IMG/VR virus record: IMGVR_UViG_3300025600_000037
Location: 1 to 36,572 of that record
Strand: one strand, 5' to 3'
From: a virus
Lineage: Duplodnaviria > Caudoviricetes
Length of the DNA: 36,572 nucleotides
Under the pieces are notes generated by a model, which saw only the letters and a list, made by a program, of their open reading frames with translations, ran no database searches and had not been told where the DNA came from. Position 1 is the stretch's first letter, and the number at the start of each line of letters is the position of its first letter. The position numbers and the translations under genes are program-made. This document shows, in pieces, positions 16,050 through 25,434 of the stretch.

Positions 16050-16495
16050 AGCAAATCACCTTTGAGATTCCTGGCCAGCCGCAGGGAAAGGCCAGAGCCA
16101 GAACGGTCAGGATGAAAAACGGGTTCAGTCATTCGTACATCCCAGAAAAGACCGTCAATTATGAGTCGGCTATTGTCCTGGCATTTCTGGCTGTCGCCGG
16201 ATCTGATCACATTCCAGTTGATTACGAACTTGCCATGACAATCGATGCCTTTTACCAGATCCCGCCAAGTAAGCCCAAAAAGAAACAGGCTCTTATGCGG
16301 GACAATCTAATTCGCCCAACGACTAAGCCGGATGCCGATAACCTGGCTAAGTTGGTCTGTGATGCCTGCAACAAAATCGCCTATACCGATGACACCCGGA
16401 TTGTCGATCTTCGGATCCGCAAGTGGTACACGGACCGGTGTCCCAGAATCAAGATCACCATCAAAGATGCCAGCAGCATTGAAGCGCTAGGCTAA
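16046..16495 (+). CDS. rusA: RusA-family Holliday junction resolvase
   Basis: GQPQGKARAR; KPDADNLAK..CDA.N...Y.DD. Confidence 0.92.
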   Translation: MKQITFEIPGQPQGKARARTVRMKNGFSHSYIPEKTVNYESAIVLAFLAVAGSDHIPVDYELAMTIDAFYQIPPSKPKKKQALMRDNLIRPTTKPDADNLAKLVCDACNKIAYTDDTRIVDLRIRKWYTDRCPRIKITIKDASSIEALG

Positions 16496-16517
16496 ACAAA
16501 ATTTGGAGGGAAAGAAA

Positions 16518-17474
16518 ATGTTGGAAGTTTTGAACGCCTTGAAAAACAAGATCCAGGAACTGGTCATTGAGGTCGATGAATTCGAGAACATTCATATCAG
16601 CGGCTATGTGCAGGATGCTGAAGAACCATTTAGTATCGAAGCCAATAACTTTGATGCAGCCTTCTCGCAGCTTATTGCAATCAATCCTGATTTTTTTGCT
16701 GGAGTAGCAAATCTGATCAGAGGTAACCCGTCTGATCAATCGATTTGTCTGGAGCCCATCAGCGAGATTGGCATCGATCATCCGTTGTTCAGCGAGATCC
16801 GATTTGATCTTGACCGTTGTATCCGTCGCGGCATCGATGCAGCCAGTGATGATATCGTCGCGACTGTGCCGCTCAAAATTCAGATCAAGCAGAACCCATA
16901 CAGCAGAGCCGCCCAGGTGAGTCACAGCATCAGCCTGAACGTAACCCAGAAAAAACATGCCAGCAAAGGCAAGATCAAAGATTTCAACGCCCGGTATGAC
17001 GAGTCTGGCCACCTGATCGTGTTTGACGAACAGATCACGCTCGAGGATTTGTCAATCGAGGATCCTGATGATGATGAAAAGATCGATACCGAAATTGAGA
17101 CGGAAACAGCGTCCGAACCCGAATCAATCAATCCATTTGACGAGGTCAGCAATGAACAACCGCAAGCGTCGAAATGTGGCGGGCTAGTCAGCGATATTTG
17201 GAAGAGCCTGGCAGTTGGGTCAGAAGTCAGAATCATGAACCAGACCGCTGATGTGACAGGAACCGTAAGCGGATTTACCGATATTGACACAAAGGCCGGT
17301 AAAGAATGGGTTATCAAGCTAACCAGCGAAAACGGCGAAGAAGAGAATATTCAAGAGAAGCTCGTTGATATTCTAGTCTGGTGCGACCGGTGGTATTACC
17401 GAGAACTACCAGAAAGTGAAAAGCCCTTAAAGCAAATTAACTTACTCGATGGCCTTGAGGAGGCAATCACATGA
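16518..17474 (+). CDS. Acidic hypothetical protein
   Basis: 318-aa ORF; GGAGG RBS before ATG 16518. Confidence 0.75.
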   Translation: MLEVLNALKNKIQELVIEVDEFENIHISGYVQDAEEPFSIEANNFDAAFSQLIAINPDFFAGVANLIRGNPSDQSICLEPISEIGIDHPLFSEIRFDLDRCIRRGIDAASDDIVATVPLKIQIKQNPYSRAAQVSHSISLNVTQKKHASKGKIKDFNARYDESGHLIVFDEQITLEDLSIEDPDDDEKIDTEIETETASEPESINPFDEVSNEQPQASKCGGLVSDIWKSLAVGSEVRIMNQTADVTGTVSGFTDIDTKAGKEWVIKLTSENGEEENIQEKLVDILVWCDRWYYRELPESEKPLKQINLLDGLEEAIT

Positions 17475-17524
17475 GAGGGATATAAGCTAACAGTATTTTG
17501 GGAAGCGGGGAGGAATGACGAAAC

Positions 17525-17959
17525 GTGACGGAAGTAAAGTACAGCATCAAGGAGGCCCTTCGGCATTATCGGTACCTGGCTGCTTTCATTGCAAATGCAG
17601 TGGACGCAATGGACTGGTACCTGGACGACTACAAGGTCAGCAGCCATATCCGATCGATCACGGAGAGCCGGATGGAGACCATGGTCTACAAGGTGCACAT
17701 TGACAAGGCACTGGAAACCTATCGGCGCCTGTGCATCGAGGACGGGACCGAGCGTTCGTACAACATCATCATGCGCAAGTACATCGATCCGGAAGGCGGG
17801 GCAGACGGACACGGAAAGCCATACACGAATGCGCAGCTGGCCGACCTATTCGACTGCAGCGAAGACACCATCAAGCGCTGTCTGGACCGATCAACCGCCC
17901 GGCTACGGATTCTTTTCTTTGGAATTCACGGGGTATTACTGGAAAAAGGTGCAGAATAA
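17525..17959 (+). CDS. Late transcription regulator (ArpU/RinA-like, sigma region-4-like HTH)
   Basis: C-terminal TNAQLADLFDCSEDTIKR HTH; last early gene before terS. Confidence 0.75.
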   Translation: MTEVKYSIKEALRHYRYLAAFIANAVDAMDWYLDDYKVSSHIRSITESRMETMVYKVHIDKALETYRRLCIEDGTERSYNIIMRKYIDPEGGADGHGKPYTNAQLADLFDCSEDTIKRCLDRSTARLRILFFGIHGVLLEKGAE

Positions 17960-17994
17960 TGCGGAAAAGGTGCACTTGTGCCCTGTGTTATAGT
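17944..17994 (+). promoter_or_regulatory. Late promoter with activator-binding direct repeat
   Basis: AAAAGGTGCA at 17944 and 17965 (21-bp period), then TGtTATAGT; no consensus -35. Confidence 0.65.
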
Positions 17995-18013
17995 TAAAAT
18001 AAAGCGATTGTCG

Positions 18014-18040
18014 AGAGGACCTCCACCCGGGGGTCCTTTT
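18014..18040 (+). terminator. Terminator in the late leader
   Basis: AGGACCTCC-ACCC-GGGGGTCCT-TTT. Confidence 0.7.
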
Positions 18041-18070
18041 ACTATTTCCAAAAGCAAGGAAGGTGAGGTG

Positions 18071-18679
18071 ATGGATCCGCGTGAAGAGGCAAAACGGTTA
18101 TTCCATGAAGAGCATCTGTCGCCTTATGAGATTGCTAAGCGGCTGAATGTTAAGCCAGCTAATATTCGGCAATGGAAGAAGCGTGACAAATGGGCGGGCG
18201 TGACACCTGTCACATCAAAAAACGACGCGCGATTAAAGCGTGACAAACAACCGTCTGAACCGTTTCTGCCAGGAAACCAATGTGCTGTCGTCACCAACGA
18301 ACATACTCGACTTCTATTTGATTCCCTGACCCCGGACGAAATGACCTTTATCAATTCTGTTGAACTGGATAAGCGAGTAATTCTCAAAGAAGAGCTGATT
18401 CTTCTGACCGTTCGTGAACGGCGGATGATGATTCGGATTACGGCGCTTTCCTCGGTAAGAAAACCAGATACAAATACCATCCAGCGCATCGAGGAAGCTT
18501 TAACCAGGATACAGATCAGAAAACAGAACCTTGCTGATCAGCTGCACAAAATCGAATATGATTCTGAGCGTCTGGCTAATGACAGGCAGCGGCTCGGGTT
18601 TGAAGGGTTGCGAACACAGCTCGGTCTTGCACCTGAACAAAATCCTGACGATGGTGTGGTGATTGTCAATGATCTCTGA
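18071..18679 (+). CDS. terS: Terminase small subunit
   Basis: N-terminal HTH EIAKRLNV..ANIRQWKKRDKW; PGNQCAV; position before terL. Confidence 0.85.
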   Translation: MDPREEAKRLFHEEHLSPYEIAKRLNVKPANIRQWKKRDKWAGVTPVTSKNDARLKRDKQPSEPFLPGNQCAVVTNEHTRLLFDSLTPDEMTFINSVELDKRVILKEELILLTVRERRMMIRITALSSVRKPDTNTIQRIEEALTRIQIRKQNLADQLHKIEYDSERLANDRQRLGFEGLRTQLGLAPEQNPDDGVVIVNDL

Positions 18680-20018
18680 TCGGACGGTAAGGCTCAGTGA
18701 CGAGATCATCCCGAAGCTGCGAGATATCTTTAACGATAAGTCATACACTTGGATCATCATCACTTCTGGCCGTGCGGCTACAAAGACTAGCTGGGCAGCA
18801 ATTCGAACAGTTTTCAAGACAGTGAGTGAATCTGACTGTTCGTCGGTTATCTTGCGTAAGTTTCACAATAAAATCCGCAAGACAGTTTTCAAAGAAATGA
18901 TCCGGGGAATTAACCGGCTGCAGATCCCAACGAATCGGTTTAAAATCACAGTCTCACCTATCGAGATCAAGTACAAAAAGAACGATAACACAATCTTTTT
19001 CACTGGCAACGACTCAATCGACGACACGAAAGGCATGATCGATGAATCACGCCCGATTAAGTTTGTCATCATCGATGAGTTGACCGAGTTCTTTGAGCAC
19101 GGCGAAGGCGAGGATGAGCTGCTGAACATCGAGGCTACATTCAGCCGCGGAAACAATGACGTGTTCCAGATGATCGGCCTGTTCAATCCGCCGAAGAACC
19201 CAAACTCACTGATTATGACATGGCTCGAGAAAATGAAGCTCAGGCCGGACGTGCTGCATGTTCATGTCGACTATCTTGACGTGCCTTGCGAATGGCTTGG
19301 TCGTAAACTGCTGGAATCCGCAGAGCAATTAAAGCAATTTGATCTGAAAATGTACAATTGGCTTTGGCTCGGTCTTTGCATAGGCATCGACGAGCTGATC
19401 TATTACATGTTTGACAAAGCAAAGCATGTCAACATACCGCCGCGAGACGCGAAGAACAACCCGATATCGCCTGACACTGTAGGAATCGGCATTGACTATG
19501 GACAGATGAACGCTACAACGTTCCAGGCGTTTGGCTTGTGGACAAGTCTTAAGAGAGTGGGTGGACTTGGTGAGTATTATCATTCGGGGAAAACGACAGG
19601 ACACCAACGCTCGCCGTCTGATTATGCTAAGGATTTCGTCAAGTTTGTTGAGAGGATCGAATCCACATATGACTGTATTGTCAGATATGCGTTCATTGAC
19701 CCTTCAGCCAAAGGACTCGCAGAAGAAATCAAGAGGGCTATTCCTAGAGTCATTATTAGAGATGCACAGAACAGCGTCGCTCTTGGAATATCGAGGGTGC
19801 AGAAATGTTTGACGTTCGGGGTACTGACCTTTTGGGAACAACCGGAATTAGTCAAGGAAATGGGGCTGTATTCTTACGACAGAAAGTCGATTGAACGCGG
19901 AACAGAACAACCGGTAAAGGAAGCAGATCATGCACAGGACGCAATTCGTTACTGTATAGCTGGGCTATGGAAGCAAATCAGGCGGTTCTTGCCGTTTGAC
20001 GATAAAGAGGAGGAATGA
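18669..20018 (+). CDS. terL: Terminase large subunit (PBSX family)
   Basis: SGRAATKTS Walker A; VIIDE Walker B; FNPP; GIDYG; IDPSA; DHAQDAIRY. Confidence 0.93.
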   Translation: MISDRTVRLSDEIIPKLRDIFNDKSYTWIIITSGRAATKTSWAAIRTVFKTVSESDCSSVILRKFHNKIRKTVFKEMIRGINRLQIPTNRFKITVSPIEIKYKKNDNTIFFTGNDSIDDTKGMIDESRPIKFVIIDELTEFFEHGEGEDELLNIEATFSRGNNDVFQMIGLFNPPKNPNSLIMTWLEKMKLRPDVLHVHVDYLDVPCEWLGRKLLESAEQLKQFDLKMYNWLWLGLCIGIDELIYYMFDKAKHVNIPPRDAKNNPISPDTVGIGIDYGQMNATTFQAFGLWTSLKRVGGLGEYYHSGKTTGHQRSPSDYAKDFVKFVERIESTYDCIVRYAFIDPSAKGLAEEIKRAIPRVIIRDAQNSVALGISRVQKCLTFGVLTFWEQPELVKEMGLYSYDRKSIERGTEQPVKEADHAQDAIRYCIAGLWKQIRRFLPFDDKEEE

Positions 20019-20020
20019 GA

Positions 20021-21445
20021 ATGTCTTTAATCACATCAATCAAGGCATTCTTTTCGGGGGTGAAAAGCATGATAACTGGGGCTGACCTTAAAGCTATTAC
20101 AGGAGACAATGCGGCTCTATCCTCCGAAATGGCGCTCCGAATTACACTGTGGAGACAGATGTATGACGGTAAGGCGCCGTGGATCAACGACAAGCTGGGC
20201 ATCTGCTCTCTGGGGCTTGAGGGATCTATCGCGAGAGAGTTTGCCGATGTCTGCCTCAATGAGATGGAGAGCAAGACCGGCAATGATAAGCTGGACGTCA
20301 TCTACAAAATGGCCATCCGGGACCTGAACGAAAACCTGCAAGAGGGCATTGCCCTTGGTTCGTTCTGTATCAAGCCTTTAGGTGTTATGGGGCAGGTCGA
20401 GTATGTATCGCAAGACGACTTCCTGCCGATTGCCTACGATTCACGGGGCAGATTGACAGACGTTATCTTCACCGAGATGCGCAGAAAGGGCGACGTCAAT
20501 TTTTATCATCGTCTTGAACGGCACACGGTCACAGATGCAGGGCTGACAATCACCAACAAGGCCTATAAGTCATCCGGGAAAGATACTTTAGGAAATGAGA
20601 TCGGTCTGGATGTATTCGAGGACTGGGCGAAACTTCCCCCGGAGATCATTTACGCAGACTGGACACGGCCAGATTTCGGATACTTCAAGAACCCTCTGAA
20701 AAACAGGGTCGACAAGTCATTCAATGGTGTTTCGGTTTACGAGTCTGCCGTTGAACTGATCAAAGAAGCAGACAAGCAATTCGGCAGATTGAAATGGGAG
20801 TATGAATCAGCGGAACGGGCTATCATTGCCGACGTTGACGCGGTACCGCAGCCGAATGATTTGGGGTATACAACCAGACCAAAGGAACGACTTATAAGAA
20901 CGCTGGGCGTTGGAGCAAACGGGGACAAAGACGTTCCATATAGCGAATTCTCTCCTGCACTTCGGGGTATTGGATTCATTGAGGGTCTTGATGAATACTT
21001 GCGCCGGATTGAGAAGAACGTCGGTCTTGCGTTTGGCGATCTGTCGAAAGAAGTCGCAGTCGTCAAGACAGCAACAGAGATCAAAGCGGCAAAACAGACC
21101 AAATACAACCGAGTCATCGCGATCGAGGACAACCTCACAGATTGCCTGTCTGACCTGACTGACGCACTGGCTTTCTACAACAAACTTGACCTGTCCGGCT
21201 ATGAGTTCGAGTGCACATTTGCTGACAGCATCCTGACCGACACAGAGGCAAACAAGACCTCTGACCGCGCTGACGTGGCAATGGGCGCTCTTGCCCTGTG
21301 GGAATATAGAGTTAGACAATTCGGGGAGGATGAAGCTACAGCCAAGTCAAGAGTACCAGAAACACCGAACGTAATGCCTGACACTTTCCCCACAAAGCAG
21401 ACAATGCCGTTTGGCGGCGCTCCACCGAATCCATTTGGAGGATAA
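20021..21445 (+). CDS. Portal protein (A118/SPP1-like)
   Basis: About 474 aa after terL; KTATEI motif; GVSVY. Confidence 0.9.
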   Translation: MSLITSIKAFFSGVKSMITGADLKAITGDNAALSSEMALRITLWRQMYDGKAPWINDKLGICSLGLEGSIAREFADVCLNEMESKTGNDKLDVIYKMAIRDLNENLQEGIALGSFCIKPLGVMGQVEYVSQDDFLPIAYDSRGRLTDVIFTEMRRKGDVNFYHRLERHTVTDAGLTITNKAYKSSGKDTLGNEIGLDVFEDWAKLPPEIIYADWTRPDFGYFKNPLKNRVDKSFNGVSVYESAVELIKEADKQFGRLKWEYESAERAIIADVDAVPQPNDLGYTTRPKERLIRTLGVGANGDKDVPYSEFSPALRGIGFIEGLDEYLRRIEKNVGLAFGDLSKEVAVVKTATEIKAAKQTKYNRVIAIEDNLTDCLSDLTDALAFYNKLDLSGYEFECTFADSILTDTEANKTSDRADVAMGALALWEYRVRQFGEDEATAKSRVPETPNVMPDTFPTKQTMPFGGAPPNPFGG

Positions 21446-21448
21446 CCC

Positions 21449-23353
21449 ATGAACGCAGGCGTTATTGAGCAAATCCCGATGGGCGTTGAACAAGTCTTCG
21501 GCGATCTTCAGTCTCGCATTATGGAGGACATCGTCCGCCGGATCCGGATCAATGGATTTGTCACATCATCAGCTGACTGGCAGATCACCAGGCTCAGGCA
21601 GCTGGGCGAGTCCAATGCCTATATCAAGCAGCAGATCCAGACGGCGCTCAAGCTATCGGATAAGGCGATCGATGATATCTATGCCGAGGCGGTCAAAGCG
21701 GAGTACGTCCAAAATGCTGCTCTGTATGCCAAGACGGGAAATGCATTGACATCCTTTGCTGATAACGCTGAACTACAGTCGTTAATGAGCGCGGTCAAAG
21801 CGCAGACCAAAGGCGAACTGATCAACATTACCCGGTCAATGGGATTTATCACGCAGCAGGGAAATCAACTCAAGGCGCTTGACATCACAAAGTTCTATCA
21901 GCAGACTTTGGACGCAGCCCTGGGCGATATCGGTACCGCAGCGTTCGACTACAACACGGTTTTGAAGCGCACAGTCAAGCAAATGACCAACAGCGGGCTA
22001 AGGTGGATAGATTACGAGTCCGGATATCACAACAGGGTCACAGTGGCAGCCAGACGGGCAACGATGACCGGTCTGAATCAAACCATGTCGCACATCAACG
22101 ACAAGACGGCAAAAGATTTGGGTACTGATTCATTTGAAATCACCTGGCACGCAGGGGCTCGCGAAACACATCAATGGTTTCAAGGCAAAGTGTTTACTAA
22201 ACTTGAAATGATCGAACAGTGCGGACTTGGAACAGTCGAGGGACTCAAGGGCGCAAATTGCGGTCATGATTACCTGGCATTTGTCCCGGGTACCTCTGTG
22301 AGGACCTACACCGATGCTCAACTCAAGCAAATGAACGATGCTGAGAATACGCCTAAGTCTTACAACGGCAAGGAATACACCACATCAGAGGCGCTGCAAA
22401 GACAGAGACAGCTTGAGACGAACATGCGAGCACAGCGTCAAGAAATCAGCTTATTAAAGCAGGGGGGCGGTGATCCGTTAGATATCCAAGCCGCAATGTC
22501 AAGATATCAAGGTTCGTCTGCTGAATACACGGGACTATCAAAGGCAATGGGATTGCCACAACAGCGGGAACGGGTCACGATTGACGGACTCGGGAGGGTC
22601 ACGGGAAAGAGTGTTTCAGTTCCATCTGTCGCAAAGAAAATTGAAGTTTCCGGAATTGACGCAGTTAAAACCACAAAGGAGCTTGAAGATTATGTAACAA
22701 AGAGCTGGAATCTTGAAAGCGCAAATCTGGAAGGGCTTGATTTTGACATAGTTAAGAAAGCTCTGTCACAGGTCGAGAAAATAAGCAAACTGAATCCTGA
22801 TGCGAAGATCATTGAAAATCTCGCAAAAATCGATCAAGACAAAACCGGAATTATGGCAATCGGTCCAGCATATGATGGCAACAACGTGAAGGGGACGATT
22901 CTTAGTATCAACGGTTCAGCGTTCAAGGGCGGAAATGGTGAAAAGTTGGCCAAGATGTACACCGATAAGACGGAGGCCAATTATTGGACGGCGGGTGCCA
23001 CTCCTGAAAACTCAATAGTCCATGAACTTGCGCATTGTGTCGATTTTGAAAAAACAGTTTCAACCTTTGACTACATGTTCCCTGACGGACGGACAAAGAC
23101 ACAGCTGATAATGGCCGGTTGGGCAGACAAAGAAACGACCTATGCACGTGATACGGTATATAATGCGTTTATGAGGTACAAGAAAGAAGTTGGGCCGATA
23201 ACAAAACTCGACTTCAAGGCGCAGATAAGCCGATATGCGCAGGCAAATGATTGTGAGTGTATCGCAGAGGCAGTATTGAACGTCTACGCAAATGGAGCGA
23301 ATGCACTTCCTCAAGCTCGGATAATCGTTGAAGAAATGGGGCTGATCTTATGA
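21449..23353 (+). CDS. Minor capsid (MuF-like) protein with C-terminal zincin metallopeptidase extension
   Basis: N-terminal about 390 aa with HAGAR..H..FQG, GANCGH, QRQLE; C-terminal HELAH and SRYAQANDCECIAE. Confidence 0.85.
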   Translation: MNAGVIEQIPMGVEQVFGDLQSRIMEDIVRRIRINGFVTSSADWQITRLRQLGESNAYIKQQIQTALKLSDKAIDDIYAEAVKAEYVQNAALYAKTGNALTSFADNAELQSLMSAVKAQTKGELINITRSMGFITQQGNQLKALDITKFYQQTLDAALGDIGTAAFDYNTVLKRTVKQMTNSGLRWIDYESGYHNRVTVAARRATMTGLNQTMSHINDKTAKDLGTDSFEITWHAGARETHQWFQGKVFTKLEMIEQCGLGTVEGLKGANCGHDYLAFVPGTSVRTYTDAQLKQMNDAENTPKSYNGKEYTTSEALQRQRQLETNMRAQRQEISLLKQGGGDPLDIQAAMSRYQGSSAEYTGLSKAMGLPQQRERVTIDGLGRVTGKSVSVPSVAKKIEVSGIDAVKTTKELEDYVTKSWNLESANLEGLDFDIVKKALSQVEKISKLNPDAKIIENLAKIDQDKTGIMAIGPAYDGNNVKGTILSINGSAFKGGNGEKLAKMYTDKTEANYWTAGATPENSIVHELAHCVDFEKTVSTFDYMFPDGRTKTQLIMAGWADKETTYARDTVYNAFMRYKKEVGPITKLDFKAQISRYAQANDCECIAEAVLNVYANGANALPQARIIVEEMGLIL

Positions 23354-23490
23354 ACGCGGACGAATGGTTAAGTTACATGAAGTTTGACGATGACGGGAAT
23401 TGTATAGGACTCATAGATAATGCGCCCGAATCAGCGGTCAAAGCATGGAACGAGTATCAAGACAATATCAAAAAAGGTATAAGAGCCTGA
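23350..23490 (+). CDS. 46-aa putative immunity protein (not in ORF track)
   Basis: MNADEWLSYMKFDDDGNCIGLIDNAPESAVKAWNEYQDNIKKGIRA; ATGA overlap with the toxin-extended gene. Confidence 0.7.
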   Translation: MNADEWLSYMKFDDDGNCIGLIDNAPESAVKAWNEYQDNIKKGIRA

Positions 23491-23522
23491 CAAGGAAAGC
23501 CGGTACCATAAGACCGGAACAG

Positions 23523-23551
23523 AAAAGCACATCTTAACCGGTGTGCTTTTT
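23523..23551 (+). terminator. Intrinsic terminator inside the late operon
   Basis: AAAAGCACATC-TTAACC-GGTGTGCTTTTT. Confidence 0.8.
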
Positions 23552-23652
23552 ACATGTCCTCAACCGGGGAAATCCGCAAGAGGGCAACAAGGTAACGCGA
23601 GCCTTTAATTCGTGGAATAGTCCACTCAGGACTTAAAGCGGAGGTATTTATC

Positions 23653-24330
23653 ATGCTTAAAAACATCAATCTTCAACTGCTTGCAGATGGTACCGGTGCC
23701 GCGAATTCGGGCACCGACACTGATGCGGGCAAAGGTGACGGCGCCAACAATGCCGGGAAAACAGACGGTGAGAAAGACACCGGCAAGACCTATACACAGG
23801 CAGACCTGGACAGGATCGTCACTGATCGGTCAGAACGAGCTGGCAATTCGGCCTTAATGTCGCTTTACACACAGAACGGCATGACCGAGGCTGAGGCAAA
23901 ACAGGCAATGGCTGACTACAAGTCAACAAAAGCCGCCCAGGCTGAAAAAGACAAGGGCAGTCTGACCGCCATGCAGAAAAAGGCAGAGGACGCAAAAGCA
24001 GAGACCGAAATTGTCAAGGCAGAGCGGTTCAACGACTTAATCGAAGCGCGTTCTGAATCCGTTGCAAAGGATCTTGGAATTGATCTGGCACAACTACCCT
24101 ACATCAAACTGGACTTTTCAAAGGTTGGCAAGGATGATTCGGGTAAGCCCAAAAAGGACGACATCAAAGTTGTTCTCGAGGCCGCCTTAAAAGCCATGCC
24201 AAACCTGAAAGCCAAAGAACCGGCAGTTACGAAAGGCGTCGCGTCCACAACGGGCGGCGGCGCGATAGGTGCGGATGATGCAAGAATGCGAAGAGCGTTC
24301 GGCTTACCCGCAACCAAAAAAGAGAAGTGA
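23653..24330 (+). CDS. Capsid scaffolding protein
   Basis: NLQLLAD start; Gly/Asp-rich N-terminus; KTYTQADLDRIV; coiled coil; precedes capsid gene. Confidence 0.85.
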   Translation: MLKNINLQLLADGTGAANSGTDTDAGKGDGANNAGKTDGEKDTGKTYTQADLDRIVTDRSERAGNSALMSLYTQNGMTEAEAKQAMADYKSTKAAQAEKDKGSLTAMQKKAEDAKAETEIVKAERFNDLIEARSESVAKDLGIDLAQLPYIKLDFSKVGKDDSGKPKKDDIKVVLEAALKAMPNLKAKEPAVTKGVASTTGGGAIGADDARMRRAFGLPATKKEK

Positions 24331-24341
24331 GGATTTGAAAA

Positions 24342-25217
24342 ATGTTACCTAATACAATCGCTCTTATCACCAAATACATCGGGATGCTCGACGAAGTCTA
24401 TGAAGTTGAGGCCCTTACCACAGACCTTGATTCTGATATGGCTTTCGCCAAAGCGGGAGCAAATGCGAATGAAGTCGCTATCCCGAAAATGACATTGCAG
24501 GGGCTTGCCGACTATGGACGCAACACCGGCTATGTTGACAGAACCATGACGTTCGAATATGAAACCGTCAAGTACAACTTTGACCGCGGCGGTAAATTCA
24601 GCGTTGACGCTATGGACGACGAAGAGACACAGGGAATTGCGTTCGGAATGCTCGCAGGCGAGTTCGAAAGAACCGAAGTTATCCCAGAAGTTGACGCTTT
24701 CCGTTTTGCAAGCTATGCAGCCCTGCATGGACTTGGCCCGGCAGACGCTTCCCTTGCTGACGGAGCCGCTGTCATTGCCGCTCTTCGTGCCGCAACAACT
24801 GCCATGAACGCGAACAAGGTTCCGAAGGCCGGAAGAATCCTGTACATTGAGGATTCTCTTTCTGGACTATGGGAAGATCTTGACACAACCAAATCGAGAG
24901 AGGTTTTGAAGAACTTCTCCAAGATCGTCGCCGTTCCTCAGGATCGTTTTTACACGGCCATTGACCAGCTCGACGGCAAAACTGCCGGTGAAGAAGCAGG
25001 CGGCTATGTCAAAGACGTGGCGGGCAAAGACATCAACTTCATGGTCATTCAGCCCAAGGCAGTTTTGCAGTACACAAAGCACAAGGTGTCCCTTGCTGCC
25101 GCTGCTGACGCCAACTTTGATGCTGACGCTCTGACATATCGCTATCGCCTCTATGCGCTGTGCGATGCTTATGGCAACAAGGCCAAGGGCATCTATCTGC
25201 ACAACAAGGCAATCTGA
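24342..25217 (+). CDS. Major capsid protein
   Basis: 291 aa; IPKM..QGLADY.R..GY, FSVDAMD.EE, PEVDAFRF; position. Confidence 0.9.
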   Translation: MLPNTIALITKYIGMLDEVYEVEALTTDLDSDMAFAKAGANANEVAIPKMTLQGLADYGRNTGYVDRTMTFEYETVKYNFDRGGKFSVDAMDDEETQGIAFGMLAGEFERTEVIPEVDAFRFASYAALHGLGPADASLADGAAVIAALRAATTAMNANKVPKAGRILYIEDSLSGLWEDLDTTKSREVLKNFSKIVAVPQDRFYTAIDQLDGKTAGEEAGGYVKDVAGKDINFMVIQPKAVLQYTKHKVSLAAAADANFDADALTYRYRLYALCDAYGNKAKGIYLHNKAI

Positions 25218-25231
25218 CGAACCAACTGAAT

Positions 25232-25261
25232 GGCTGGGAGTCGAAAGGCCTCCGGCTTCTT
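25232..25261 (+). terminator. GAAA-capped hairpin after the capsid gene (weak terminator or stabiliser)
   Basis: GCTGGGAGTC-GAAA-GGCCTCCGGC-TTCTT. Confidence 0.5.
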
Positions 25262-25275
25262 GAAAGGAGAACATC

Positions 25276-25425
25276 ATGAGACGAATTGGACTAATTCCCG
25301 GAAAAGAAAATCAGGTCAAAAAGCCTGCTCCGGTAAAAGTGATTGGTGTAATCACGCCCGAAAAGGCTGACCTGATTGCCGCAATCGGCCCGATAGCCGA
25401 CGACACCGTGGCGATCAAGGAATAA
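25276..25425 (+). CDS. Small 49-aa protein after the capsid gene (not in ORF track)
   Basis: MRRIGLIPGKENQ...AIKE; AAAGGAGA RBS. Confidence 0.7.
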   Translation: MRRIGLIPGKENQVKKPAPVKVIGVITPEKADLIAAIGPIADDTVAIKE

Positions 25426-25434
25426 GGAGGAAAT

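Noticed and set aside
18669-20018. Defective terminase because Walker A reads GRAATKT
   Set aside because: Thr before the Lys occurs in PBSX/A118-type terminases and the other motifs are intact
25214-25260. Hammerhead ribozyme (CTGACGA...GAAA)
   Set aside because: No proper stem II or stems I/III; the GAAA is better explained as the tetraloop of a simple hairpin
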